The notes beneath the pieces are model-generated. The model did no database searches, was not told the origin of the DNA, and worked only from the letters and a program-made list of their open reading frames with translations. 64,000 nucleotides of DNA from Laetmonice hystrix (taxonomy: Eukaryota), in the NCBI GenBank assembly GCA_965235115.1, contig OZ249436.1:4032001-4096000 (forward strand), read 5' to 3'. Shown here piece after piece: positions 13,425 through 27,170 of this stretch; position 1 is the stretch's first letter; every line of letters begins with the position of its first letter. The translations under genes and the position numbers were made by a program.

Positions 13425-14385
13425 TATACTCTCTCCCTGTCCCCCTCTTTATCTATCTCCCTGTCCCCCTCTTTATCTATCTCCCTGTCCCCCTCTTTAT
13501 CTATCTCTCTATCCCCCTCTCTATCTCTCTCTCTATCCCCCTCTTTATCTATCTTTCTATCCCCCTCTTTATCTATCTCTCTATCCCCCTCTTTATCTAT
13601 CTCTCTATCCTCCTCTTTATCCATCTCTCTATCCCCCTCTTTATCTATCTCTCTATCCCCCTCTTTATCTATCTCTCTATCCTCCTCTTTATCTATCTCC
13701 CTATCCCCTCTTTATCCATCTCTCTATCCCCCTCTCTATCTCTCTCTCTATCCCCCTCTTTATCTATCTTTCTATCCCCCTCTTTATCTATCTTTCTATC
13801 CCCCTCTTTATCTATCTCTCTATCCCCCTCTTTATCTATCTTTCTATCCCCCTCTTTATCCATCTCTCTATCCCCCTCTTTATCTATCTCTCTATCCTCC
13901 TCTTTATCCATCTCTCTATCCCCCTCTTTATCTATCTCTCTATCCCCCTCTTTATCTATCTCTCTATCCTCCTCTTTATCTATCTCCCTATCCCCTCTTT
14001 ATCCATCTCTCTATCCCCCTCTTTATCTATCTCTCTATCCTCCTCTTTATCTATCTCTCTATCCTCCTCTTTATCTATCTCTCTATCCCCTTCTTTATCT
14101 ATCTCTCTATCCCCCTCTTTATCTATCTCTCTATCCTCCTCTTTATCTATCTCTATCCTCCTCTTTATCTATCTCTCTATCCCCCTCTTTATCTATCTCT
14201 CTATCCCCTTCTTTATCTATCTCTCTATCCTCCTCTTTATCTATCTCTCTATCCCCCTCTTTATCTATCTCTCTATCCTCCTCTTTATCTATCTCTCTAT
14301 CCTCCTCTTTATCTATCTCTCTATACCCCTCTTTATCTATCTCTCTATCCTCCTTTCTACCCCTCCCTAACTCTCTCTCTTCCCC
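13425..14385. repeat. Pyrimidine-rich ~24-bp minisatellite
   Basis: Unit CTCTTTATCTATCTCTCTATCCCC. Confidence 0.95.
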
Positions 14386-15734
14386 ATATCCCCTAGCCAT
14401 ACCAGTGGCGGACACAGCGTGGCTGGGTGTAGGAGGGCCGTACCCCACAGCGGACTTTCTAAAATTGAAAGTGAAAATACCCCAGACTCCCTATAGCTCG
14501 GTGAACCAGCAGCGCGCCATAGATGGTATGCAGAAACTAATTACAGAGCGTAACATGAGGCCTTGAAAGTTCCGGGGAGAGTAGGCGTTTCACCAGAAAC
14601 CTGAGTGCTTTATCAAACACGCCTATCATATGTCAGCACTGCTTGGCGTCTGTCTTACCCTTTGTACAGGCATACTATACCCAAAGACGGCCTCGAGAAG
14701 GACAGCGCTAGAATATGTCTGGGAAGCCAGTGACGGTCTGAGTGCCAACTGATAATATTATAAAGTTGTGCTACTCGTCTGACATTGACTGCCCTGACCT
14801 CGCTATAGCAAGCAATCAGAAACAATTCGCATTGGTTTACACGGGTCCTCGCACTTTAAGTGCGAAACTCGTGAAGCAGCACACCCAATTAAATCCAAAC
14901 TTCGCAGTTGCCAAGGGTCAATTTCACGTTTCCATTCTCTGACTGCGCTGTGGTTACATATTGTGGACTTGGTGATTAGGCTAGGGGTATTGGTCCGCGG
15001 TCCCGATTCCATGTGTGGATCTATTTGTTAAAGTAGTTCCAATGTTGCTACGTATGTTTTCTCCTCTGCATCCCGTTCCTGTGAATACCATTCTTTATTT
15101 CCCATTTAATGGCAGGCTCCATAACCAAGCCTCAAACAAAATTTGAAATATTTCATCTTGAAGGTCTCTCACCTTATCTTCAACCGAAGTCGGTCTGTCG
15201 GTGGCGAAAAAATGATGACCATGGGCGCTCACCTGAGATGCCTGATCGTTAAGAACCGAATAAATGAGTTGCCAAGGTTGTAAAAACTAACAGGCCCATG
15301 TAAACGTCCGGCGTAAACGATTTGTAGTGCCAGAATGACCGTTACGTCCTTGTGACGTCATCCACATGACCGCACGAACGCTTCTTTCGTTAAATTGTTA
15401 CGTCACGGGCCGCTAACAGGAAACGCGCGTTTTCAAGACCGCGCCGCCCATTAAAGAGATTAGTGTTTCTTACTCTTTTATTTTAGTTCAGTGCAGATTT
15501 AAAAGAACATAACTAACAATTTCTCCATCTCGACAAAAAGATAAATCAAAGCAATGCGTGGTCTTTGACTTCATTTGAAGCCTGTAGCACAGCAGCGTTC
15601 AGATTGCTGCGGTTTGCAGCCTTGGGCGAGCGATCATGGGAGAGATTCCAGTCTGTTTGCCATTCCTACCTCACTGTCGGCCCACCAAATAACGCAGTGT
15701 TTGTCTAAACTGAGATTAGACAAGTCAGTGACAG

Positions 15735-16159
15735 AAGAATACGTCTTCCCTCAAATAGAATGTCACTCGTAAGACAACTATTTGACTACATGTAGAATAT
15801 GTCTTCCCTCAAATAGAATGTCACTCGTACGCCAACTATAGGGGCCTATTTGACTACATGTAGAATATAGGCCTACGTCTTCCCTAATACAGAATGCCAC
15901 TCGTAAGCCAACTATTTGACTATATGTAGAATATGTCTTCCCTCAAACAGAATGCCACTCGTAAGCAAACTATTTGACTACATGTAGAATACGTCTTCCC
16001 TCATACAGAATGCCACTCGTACGCCAACTATTTGACTACATGTAGAATACGTCTTCCCTCAAACAGAATGCCACTCGTAAGCCAACTATTTGACTACATG
16101 TAGAATACGTCTTCCCTCATACAGAATGCCACTCGTACGCCAACTATTTGACTACATGT
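15735..16159. repeat. 58-bp tandem repeat, ~7 copies
   Basis: Unit GAATACGTCTTCCCTCAAACAGAATGCCACTCGTAAGCCAACTATTTGACTACATGTA. Confidence 0.93.
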
Positions 16160-17562
16160 CACTGAAATCGAAAATGCCACGCCTCAACGTCAAAGTGACT
16201 CACAGAGAAGCGAGAAGCGACGTAGGCCCCTTTAACAGACTCTACACATGCATGCAAGCCTATCGTAAGGGTAGGTCCCCGCCTGTGACAATTGCTTGCC
16301 ACAGGTCAGTCGGTTTCGCCGGGTATTCCGCTGCTAGTTACACTGATCGTTTCATAGATCTATGACCACGAAGACAGTCCAATGAGGTTGGGACATAGTT
16401 TAATAACGTGACGTTGGCCAAGAAACAGGTAGGACGTTGTCACGACACAATCTTGAGGCGCACAAAGGCTACCCGAGGGCGTTGCCCACGTATAGTCGTA
16501 CCGTACAATCTTAACGAGTTCACGTAGTGATGGAGACCATACCCACCGTCTTAGAATCCAACAACGCTTGCCCATGATTGTTCCACTATATCCGGGCCAT
16601 TGTATGGAGTCCTCCTGGCCACTGGGGATGGATCCTACTATATGAGCCAGGCCTAATTTATCGGTGACTTGAAATCGCTATATGAACTCTCTTCATAAGA
16701 GAATTGTCTGAAAACCCTTACATGGGCCTCCCCTTACTTGCTGCAAACTCTAAACTCCCACAGCCTCAGTTGATACTTACATCTCACTTAGTCCAATGAC
16801 GTTAATGATCTGTGTGTTTAATTGATCCTTTTTAAAATAAACTCGTTGTAATGTACTTTAATCTCCCGTGAACCCTGGGATTGCACTCGCCAAGCCTTGG
16901 TTAGTGGCAAGGACGCGCACGGCGGACCCCGCCCCACAGCTACCTATGACGCACTGCCATGTCTGACGGTCTGACACCATCCTACGTATTTGTCACGACA
17001 AAGCGCCGGTTACTTTGACGTGCAAACCACAGTAGTATCGGTGTCCCTGTTTTTCTCCCCGTGATTAGAAGAACAAACTACAACCACAGAACTATGTTGG
17101 CTGTGAACAGTCCTGTCTACAGCCGTCGACTGAGTGCCGATAAAAACAACTATTTACTGCGGGACTGGTGCGTCTGGGCTAGCCAATCTACGTACAAATG
17201 GACCACTCGCTACGTTAATTCACCGCTAATTTTATAATAATATCTGACGTGAATTGAAGAACTGGTAGGCAGAAGGATTTCCATGTTATTCTTGAGCCTT
17301 ACCGGGAATTTCTGTAACAACAAATAAAAACCATTCTTTCGTCTCCTTTCAGACACATGCTTAAAACTACACATAGGCCTATCATTTCCTATACACATAA
17401 TATCAATTATGTAGGCAAGATACCCTGTCATAGCATCAATTACATTGGAACTACCAAATATTAAGAAAAAGGGCATCCAATTGTGGTACAAAGCAATTCA
17501 GATGTGAGGGCATTGCTCGTCAATATGTTATAAGGACTATTGCCTTTATCTCAATATATCTG

Positions 17563-17689
<127 letters not shown>

Positions 17690-18517
17690 CTGCAAGTCTC
17701 GGGAAATGATGTCGCCAGAGTTGAACAGTTCGATATTCTGGCACCCTTATATTATCGCCCAGAGGGGCCTAATATTGTTTAGGTTAACATAGTCTTATCA
17801 AGACAAGCCTCTACCATTGCTGTATTGCAACAATTATGCCACGATTCTGCAAGAAACAAGGAAAAGTTTAATTTTGTCATTCAGCTAAGATTTTAAATAC
17901 ATGATGCGCGTCCTGGGTTTAGGAGAACGGATGGTCATACTTCCTTTAATTAGGAATTGGTAGGCATGGGACGCCCATAGGAATTGGTAGGCATGGGACG
18001 CCCATAGGAATTGGTAGCCAAGGGACGCCCACAGAGAACAGATGGTTATACCTCCTTTAATTAGGAAGCAGTACATGGGACGCCCACATGAAGGTGTGTC
18101 ACCCCCACAACTGGCATGGCATTAGAATATCAATGTTTCAAATTAATGCCGGAAGTATCGGATAGAAATATAATACTATAGGTGCACGGGTGGTGAAGGA
18201 CAGGCCATTATCGGTCTATCTCGTTCCTGCTTGACAAATCGGATCCGAAACGTAACACAGCAGGTGTTTTGGGGAACCCGTGCCAACAAAAATCTGGTCA
18301 GATCGAGGTGTAACCTGCCATAACCGGTTCTAACCGGTTCTAATCGGTTGTTGCCGGCTGGGCCACGTCCGGTCCGCGGCTACACGCTACACAGACATCG
18401 TTAATGACATTTTATGACCTTATGACCTTGTCCTGTTTCCTCGGTGTAGTGTGACGTATCAATCTGGACTGGGGACATGACCAGCCATCATTCATACCCG
18501 GCATCATTGACACCCTG

Positions 18518-18683
18518 CTTCTCTCTCTCCTTCTCTCTCTCTCGCTCTCTCTCTCTCTGTCTCTCTGTCTGTCTGTCTGTCTGTCTCTCTCTGTCTCTGT
18601 CTGTCTGTCTGTCTCTCCCTCTGTCTGTCTGTCTGTCTCTGTCTGTCTCTTTCTCTGTATCCCTGTCTCTGTCTGTCTGTCTG

Positions 18684-18717
<34 letters not shown>

Positions 18718-18893
18718 CCTCTGTCTCCCTGTCTCTGTCTGTCTGTCTGTCTCTGTCTGTCTCTCTGTCTGTCTCTGTCTGTCTCTGTCTCTGTCTGTCT
18801 GTCTCTCTCTGTCTCTCTCTCTGTCTCTGTCTGTCTCTCTCTCTCTGTCTGTCTCTCTCTGTCTCTCTCTGTTTCTCTCTGTGTCTCTCTCTG
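18518..18893. repeat. (CT)n/(CTGT)n simple repeat
   Basis: Directly visible. Confidence 0.97.
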
Positions 18894-20289
18894 AGGTAAG
18901 AGTGCATCCATGGCCTGGGGTAATCCTCCAGCCACAACACTCATACACCGGTAAACCCAGGGTCCCACGAACACAAGGACGTCTTCCTCAGCAAGCACAG
19001 AACCTCAACCTGATGGGTTTGTACAATCAGTCTCTCTCCGTCCCTCCTAACAACCAATCCTGATTTATAGACTCGCCTGTCAGCGCCAGGTCCGTCTTAC
19101 GGTGCAGTCAGATCGTCCAATACGTCAGCATTAAGTTTGCTGTCAGAGGCGGGCAGCAGTGAATCTGCTGTGACACAGGAAAACCAACAGATAGATGACC
19201 ATCGATGTTACACTCTGGGAGGCGAGATTCGCGCCATCTGTAGGGCCTACTCTGTCCCCAGATTTTTTTTAATTATTCACAGGAAGACGATATCTGTACC
19301 TGATTTCGGATGAATAGGCCTATCCCTGATAAGTTGGCCAACAAGCAGCAGGTGCAGATGGTCATACCCGAGGTAGAATTAGTAATAGGCCTACTCATTC
19401 GGCCCACCTCGGGACTGTTAGGGCCAGATCCTCTCGGCCCTCGCACATTCGGCCCACCTCGGGACTGTTAGGGCCAGATCCTCTCGGCTCTCTCACAGTC
19501 GTCACCATGTTGGATCTACTTTTATCACGTGACCCAACGTGGTCAAAATGGCGACGGCCGACACACCGACAAAGGTGAAAGACAAGCAGTGTCTGGCTTG
19601 TTTAAAAGCAGATCTCCGCTTGATACCTCTGACAAGTGGATTAGACGTCAAAGAAAATCTATTCAGGTCTCTATAGATACTTGTTTAGATGTTGACATTC
19701 CTATTGGCATTGTTTATCGTCCCACGGACGCGCTGTCTCACTCGGGATTCCCTTGGGATTCCTTCGGGCGTATGACGTCATTTCTTATGTTGATGCAAGC
19801 TAGTTAAGTCGTATGATTTCATAAATACTGCAAAACTGAATGTGTCCGGCTGCTAAGAACGATCGAGACGGCAAATCTTCGGAAATTATCCATCTTTCCC
19901 GATGAACAATCCCGCGTTAGGCCGAATACCGACGATCTATGAACTACTTTGCGCACTACGCGAGTTGTGATGTGCCCAGACCCGTGGAATCTCTGTCATA
20001 TCTCTACGGCTTGCGAGGTCCGAGACCACAACTAGCGAAGCGACCGGAAGTTGGGCCGAAGTGTTCCGAATGAGGCCTACTGACTACTGACTACTTTCAG
20101 GCTTTTAGGCTAATCATTTTTATTCCGCGGTCATCTATTATTATTATACAATCGACATTGCTCCATTTTGATAATACCCTGTTAAAGTCCATTCATGTGG
20201 ACATAGACGATATGGCCTAATTGGATTCGTCTCTCCACCTTGTTGAACTATGCCTGCACTGGCCTGTGTTGATATTCAATTATACTAGA

Positions 20290-20515
20290 TACAAATATTG
20301 GATGGCGGCGAGTCCCCTATACAGTTTACGGGACGAAGAAGAGTAATAATGGACGAGGCGAAATCGAGTCCATTATGCGCTTTTCAGAGTCCCGTAAACT
20401 ATATAATGGACGAGCTGCCATCCAACATTTGCTATATTATACAAGCCAACCTTTTCCTATCGTGACGTTGTTTTCATTTTGACGTTGTTGCTATGGTTTC
20501 CCGAGCGAACCATCC
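20290..20515. mobile_element. Crypton-like non-autonomous hairpin element, copy 1
   Basis: Long imperfect palindrome centred on GAGGCGAAATCGAG, followed by a TATCGTGACGTTG...GAGCGAACC tail shared with 24154-24207. Confidence 0.55.
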
Positions 20516-23189
20516 CTTGTATTTTCTTTATGCTTACCTTCTCATGCTATGAGTATAAACAGAACTCTCCCTTCATCGGAATGAAGTACACAAACTACAA
20601 CAGAAGTGAAGTCAAGGAAAGCAGTCATTCTGGCATGTTACAAATCGTGAGAACATAGGCATTAGTCTATACACGTGGGAATGCCTCCATAGGTTTCCTA
20701 TCTCAAGATCGGCCGTAAATCGGTCTGCGCATCTTCTGGTAATTATGTAATAGCACGATTTTGAGCAATTTGATAGGATTTCAGTCAGTGGACGATCCCG
20801 TCACCATCAATACCAGGAGCGCCTAAGGCGTGCGACTATATCAACCTATAACAAAATTGGGGCTCTTGAGCAGGTAGGGGGGCGACCCCCGACCCCAACC
20901 CCCCAACCCCCCCCCCCCCCGACACGCACCTGCATTGTCTTGTCCCATTGTTTGATGTCCCTCTTATGTCCCAGTATGTCCCGGGAACCAACTACATTAT
21001 TACACCTTTCTACAGAGGATTCGTTGGCGAGGCGCCATTAGGCCTACATGAGGCTACAGCAGCAAATGTATAACACCTGTTGGTAGGCCTATGTGTCATA
21101 TGGGGATGGTTATTTAACATACCCTGGCCCAGCGCATGTCATTATGTGAAGTGTGTGCCTCATTATCTGTCAGCCTAAGCCTTGAGTCCCTTACAGTGAT
21201 GTGGACCCAGGCGTCACGCACGTCATCATCAGGCGATGGTACTTAATACTCATCAGGTTATTGCAAACAGCGGGGTCAGCGAGTGCATGTCCAACCACGC
21301 TGACCAGAAAGATGGTCCGAGGATCTTCCGTCTTCAAGGACGCCTGGCGAGGCTGAGACGCTGCCCTGGACATCCGGTGTAATTAGCAGTCACGCAATCT
21401 GTGTTTATGGCTCCCAGACCGCGGGGAGGGAGGGAAAACTAAGCTTGTCCAGTCGTCTTACAGATCAACAGCATTGATTTTACTCGTTGAGGGACGCCAC
21501 CAGGGCAATCCACCACTGCTTCTATTAATGCAGTTTACAGTTTTCTCAAAGTCTTTGCATCATTCCGACCTGATTGCATGGCCCGAACCTTGATAAGCTG
21601 AGATTGTATTAGTTTCTTGCAGGCTCCCGTATCAAGATGTCAGAACACACTACTGCTATACCAAAGTCGGTGGATGCCACTCTGTCGGGGTTAGGCCTCC
21701 ATATTTAAGCCTATATTTTAGAGCATGTTTAACGGTCGTCTTCGACCATCTGCGCCACAGCAGTCTTGATTTTAGTGAGTCTATGCTAACGGTCATATCA
21801 CCTGGCCGTCGTGAAATTTTCTGCTGCCTGCTTTCAGTGGTGGCATCAATATTTTAAAATGGAGAGAGAGGGAGAGAGAGAGAAAGGAAGAGAGTTACCA
21901 CTCTCAAATAGAGTCTGTGCTTGTTTTCCCTGCTTATACACTGTGTATCGTTAAAGACTGTCTCGGAAAATTGAGAGGCTCACAATTTGACGTTGCAGAC
22001 TTCTAGGAATTCATAAGAGTGCGTCACATGGACGATTTGTCCTGTACCGTTCTGATGATGCAGCATAGACGTGTATTTTTGGAACGAGACGACGGGTATG
22101 AGACTTTATACTGAAATGTTTTAAAGTCGTAGCGTTGATATTCTCCTTTATTATTCTCCCTTGAAATTAGACAACACAGAGGAACATTCATAGCTTCGTT
22201 TTGAGGACGTGGATTTCTATTTTGAGCTGAATATCAAGATACCTTTTTAACAAAAGCTTTTTACTGGTTTGGCTGGGTTGTATTTCACTCCCTGCGGAAA
22301 TCTGTAAATAGATTATATTTATAACTGAACACCGAGTATAGCTTGGAGCAGGAGGTCAGAGATTCATATAGACCAGCCTGTTGGCAGACGTATCCGGTCA
22401 AGTATTGTAAGACACGACCATGTTTGTGACCTTCAGAAATAGCCTCGAAACGCCTCACTTTGGTCCCTAAACGATTGTTACGTCACATTTTCTCCATTGG
22501 TTTAACATAGGATGAGAAAACACTTTTTGTCAATTTTGACATCTAGGACATGAAATGTATTCTTTCATACGTAAAATAGGCTGGTCCTCTTGTACAAGAA
22601 TGAAAGCGCCCTAACCATGAAATAATATTATTTAGAAGTTGAGAGTTGCCGGCTCCTATGGGAGTCGCAATGCTAAAGTGACGAGATTACGACAGGTTAG
22701 GAGCAAAGCGGGCTGTTCTCGGGTTTTCTCATGTTTTCTCTTGACCCACTTGCACACCTAATTCCCTAGCGCATTCCAGAATCAGAACTGACAACTCCAA
22801 TCTGTCTGTTTTCTACATGGTAACCTCGATACTGTGCCATCTGAAGTATTGTAGTCGAGGTTTGCGTCAGCCGAGCGAGGCCTTGAAATATTGTAGACCC
22901 AGCATCACAGCATCTTCCCACGGCTGAATAAGTTTGATGATGAGGATGGTGGTCGTTTTCTGCTCACCACTTGCAGGAAATGAAAGAACCCTTGCCCAAA
23001 GCCATCTGTGATTACTTGAGTTTCTCAGAGGATGTTTCTATCCACTCAGGGCTGGCTATAATAGGATACGGTAGGACATACACGAGACTGTGGTCGTCTT
23101 TTGTCACATGTAAGATCTCCTCATGAGATAACAGTCTTATCGTAATCAACAGGAACTTGTGTCCCATTACTCTCGTGTTCTACGAGAAC

Positions 23190-23450
23190 TCATTCATCAG
23201 TGGATCTATTGGAAACTATAGCTCTGCCTACATGAAATCATTCATCAGTGGATCTATTGGACACTGAAACTAAAGCTCTGCCTACATGAAATCATTCATC
23301 TGTGGATCTATTGGACACTGAAACTAAAGCTCTGCCTACATGAAATCATTCATCAGTGGATCTATTGGACACTGAAACTAAAGCTCTGCCTACATGAAAT
23401 CATTCATCTGTGGATCTATTGGACACTGAAACTAAAGCTCTGCCTACATG
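23190..23450. repeat. 54-bp tandem repeat, ~5 copies
   Basis: Unit TCATTCATCAGTGGATCTATTGGACACTGAAACTAAAGCTCTGCCTACATGAAA. Confidence 0.92.
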
Positions 23451-23569
23451 ACAGCGCTAATGACCCTTGAAGGAAGAAGGCCACTTAATATTACTAAAGA
23501 AGGCGAGAAAAAAGGAAGAATGAAAATTAAACTAATTTTACATCTGACCTTGAAAACACCCTTTTTGTC

Positions 23570-24210
23570 GACTAGGCGGCGGGTCCACTATACAGTTTTC
23601 GGGATGTCGTAAAGCGATATTGGACGAGGCGAAGCCGAGTCCAATATCGCTTTACGACATCCCGAAAACTGTACAGTGGACGAGTTGCAATCTGCTATAT
23701 TATTATACGTAATACGGTATGCCGATTCTGGTTTAAAGGAAATATGTCGGGGGGGGGGGGGGTTAACGACCGAAATCTTTAGTGCGATGAATCCGCCATT
23801 TTGGCCCCCTTTGGCTGCCGCAAATCGTTTGAACGGATCCCATGATCACGTGACTCTCGCTGTGATTACTCGAGATGTAAACACGCGCTATAATGGTCCA
23901 TCCGCCGATCGTGTGACAAGGGTGCAAAACACAGCCGGCTGCAAATCCCGTGGTCTCGGAATCTAAGTGTGTCATTTTCAGTGAACGTATTAAGAATTGG
24001 CGATTTTTTTTTTACAAAATACCGGCCATAGCTACATAAACAGGTAGGGGACCTTTGGGGCATATCGGAGACCCGCAATGCAGACATATTTTTGCTGAAA
24101 CACGACGTATTATTTGAAATTCGTGACATATTACCTTTAAGCGAACCGTACCATATCGTGACGTTGTTTCTATTTTGACGTCGTTTCTATGGTTTCCAGA
24201 GCGAACCGTC
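23570..24210. mobile_element. Crypton-like hairpin element, copy 2 (interrupted by a Kolobok-like MITE)
   Basis: Near-perfect ~45-bp stem around GAGGCGAAGCCGAG (~23626-23639); tail homologous to copy 1. Confidence 0.6.
23737..24136. mobile_element. Kolobok-like MITE (TTAA TSD)
   Basis: TTAA|AGGAAATATGTC ... GACATATTACCT|TTAA (TIR 11/12). Confidence 0.75.
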
Positions 24211-24644
24211 CATGAACCAATCAGATTCTTTAGCTGCGCCAAGCGTATAACATAAACAATCTCAGGACAACCTATAAAATGTGTTTAATGTATTCATTTT
24301 AATGCAGCACCACTTTCTGGGATACAGGCTGCTATTCCCAGTACCGAATCAAAATGCAAGTCCATCTAAATGAGAGAATCTGATGCAGGGGGCAGCAACC
24401 TTATCGGTCACTACCATTGCTCACTGTACAGGCGTCAGTGAGCGTCCCTGCAGAGAGACGCCAGTGGAGCGCCTGTCGTCGGGGACGTACCACAAACATG
24501 TGACCCGTGTGTCGTCAATCGCCATCATCGGTAATATAGACGCCAGAGAGCCGCGACGCCATAATCGTTGGCCATCATTATACGGCCATGTTCTGAGACT
24601 CCGTCCAGGACCGAGGATATGCGCGTAACTGTAACGGTCAAGTA

Positions 24645-25797
24645 ACGGACAGGTCACAGCAGGTTACGGACAGGTCGCGGACAAGTCACAGATAGGTCGC
24701 GGACAGGTCGTGGACAGGTCACAGACAGGTCACAGACAGGTCGCGGACAGGTCACAGACAGGGCGCGTACAGGTCACAGACAGGTCGCGGACAGGTCACA
24801 GACAGGTCGCGGACAGGTCACAGACAGGTCGCGGACAGGTCACAGACAGGGCGCGTACAGGTCGCGGACAGGTCAGACAGGTCGCGGACAGGTCACAGAC
24901 AGGTCGCGGACAGGTCACAGACAGGTCGCGGACAGGTCACAGACAGAGCGCGTACAGGTCACAGACAGGGCGCGGACAGGTCACAGACAGGTCGCGGACA
25001 GGTCAGACAGGTCGCGGACAGGTCACAGACAGGTCGCGGACAGGTCACAGACAGGTCGCGGACAGGTCACAGACAGGTCGCGGACAGGTCAGACAGGTCG
25101 CGGACAGGTCACAGACAGGTCGCGGACAGGTCACAGACAGGTCGCGTACAGGTCACAGACAGGGCGCGGACAGGTCACAGACAGGTCGCGGACAGGTCAG
25201 ACAGGTCGCGGACAGGTCACAGACAGGTCGCGGACAGGTCACAGACAGGTCGCGGACAGGTCACAGACAGGTCGCGGACAGGTCAGACAGGTCGCGGACA
25301 GGTCACAGACAGGTCGCGGACAGGTCACAGACAGGTCGCGGACAGGTCACAGACAGGTCGCGGACAGGTCACAGACAGGTCGCGGACAGGTCACAGACAG
25401 GTCTCGGACAGGTCACAGACAGGTCGCGGACAGGTCACAGACAGGTCGCGGACAGGTCACAGACAGGTCGCGGACAGGTCGCGGACAGGTCAGACAGGTC
25501 GCGGACAGGTCACAGACAGGTCGCGGACAGGTCACAGACAGGGCGCGTACAGGTCACAGACAGGACGCGGACAGGTCACAGACAGGTCGCGGACAGGTCA
25601 GACAGGTCGCGGACAGGTCAGACAGGTCGCGGACAGGTCACAGACAGGTCGCGGACAGGTCACAGACAGGTCGCGGACAGGTCAGACAGGTCGCGGACAG
25701 GTCACGGACAGGTCGCGGACAGGTCACAGACAGGTCGCGGACAGGTCACAGACAGGTCTCGGACAGGTCAGACAGGTCGCGGACAGGTCACAGACAG
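24645..25797. repeat. 11/22-bp minisatellite rich in AGGTCA/AGGTCG
   Basis: Units ACAGGTCACAG and ACAGGTCGCGG mostly alternate; 9-bp variant ACAGGTCAG. Confidence 0.97.
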
Positions 25798-26559
25798 AAC
25801 TGTACACTACATCCAGGCAATGCTATCTCCGGACGTATTGGCCGGCAGTCCCCGAGACTTCCGCCCTGTGAATATGTCGAGGGAGAACAATACCATAATC
25901 ACGTTGTTGGGGAGTTGTTAGATATTCTTTGACCATGGTGATCATGTTAAACGTTCACCAACCATAACACGTTCAACACGATACACACTGTTCCTTGACA
26001 TCAGATGTTATTGGGGGGGGGGGGGGGGGGTGCATGGCTGTGATGGTAACAAGTGGTTGATGATCAATAAACACGTAATAATGATTCTATACCGATGCGA
26101 CCATAGAGATGGCGGAGTGTAATGGCTGTAACGACATGCTATTGACCGGTACATGACAGTAAAGGACCTCCATAAATACAACCTGCAGTAGGACCTAATG
26201 CGTTTATCGGGAAGTGTTCAGAAATTATTTAGTATCTAAATTATCTAATTATGCTGGGGTCAGTCGTCATATACACCATCAAACCGCCTTGCATCAGGGA
26301 TCAGACGTATAGCCTCTCTGTGTCTGGGATCTGTCTGTGTCTCTCTCTGCTCTCTGCTCTCTGCTCTATCTCTCTCTCTATGAATTTCTGGTCCTGGACT
26401 AGGCTGGGGCACATGTTCTGGGACCCGCAATTCTCAAACTCGCCTTACCTGTCACACAGCTATATCGTCCTCCCTACCTTTACCATGACCCCCCCCCCCC
26501 CACCCACCCACCCCATCGTAACATCGTAATCTGGGAGTCAAAACTGTACATCTGCCACT

Positions 26560-27170
26560 GTCCCTAACCCCTGACCTCTGTTCCCGTCCCCAACACGTCC
26601 CCCCTAACCCCTCACCTCGGTTCCCCTCCCCAACACGTCCCCTCTAACCCCTGACCTCTGTTCCCCTCCCCAACACGTCCCCCCTAACCCCTGACCTCGG
26701 TTCCCCTCCCCAACACGTCCCCCCTAACCCCTGACCTCTGTTCCCCTCCCCAACACGTCCCCCTAACCCCTGACCTCGGTTCCCCTCCCCAACACGTCCC
26801 CCCTAACCCCTGGCCTCGGTTCCCTTCCCCAACACGTCCCCCTAACCCCTGACCTCGGTTCCCTTACCCAACACGTCCCCCCTAACCCCTGACCTCGGTT
26901 TCCTTCCCCAACACGTCCCCCTAACCTTTGACCTCGGTTCCCTTACCCAACACGTCCCCCCTAACCCCTGACCTCGGTTCCCTTCTCCAACACGTCCCCC
27001 CTAACCCCTGACCTCGGTTCCCTTCTCCAACACGTCCCCCATAACCCCTGACCTCGGTTCCCTTCTCCAACACGTTCCCCCTAACCCCTGACCTCGGTTC
27101 CCTTCTCCAACACGTCCCCCTAACCCCTGACCTCGGTTCCCTTCTCCAACACGTTCCCTGCCCCATAACC
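26560..27170. repeat. ~40-bp C-rich minisatellite, ~15 copies
   Basis: Unit CCCCTAACCCCTGACCTCGGTTCCCCTCCCCAACACGTCC. Confidence 0.95.
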
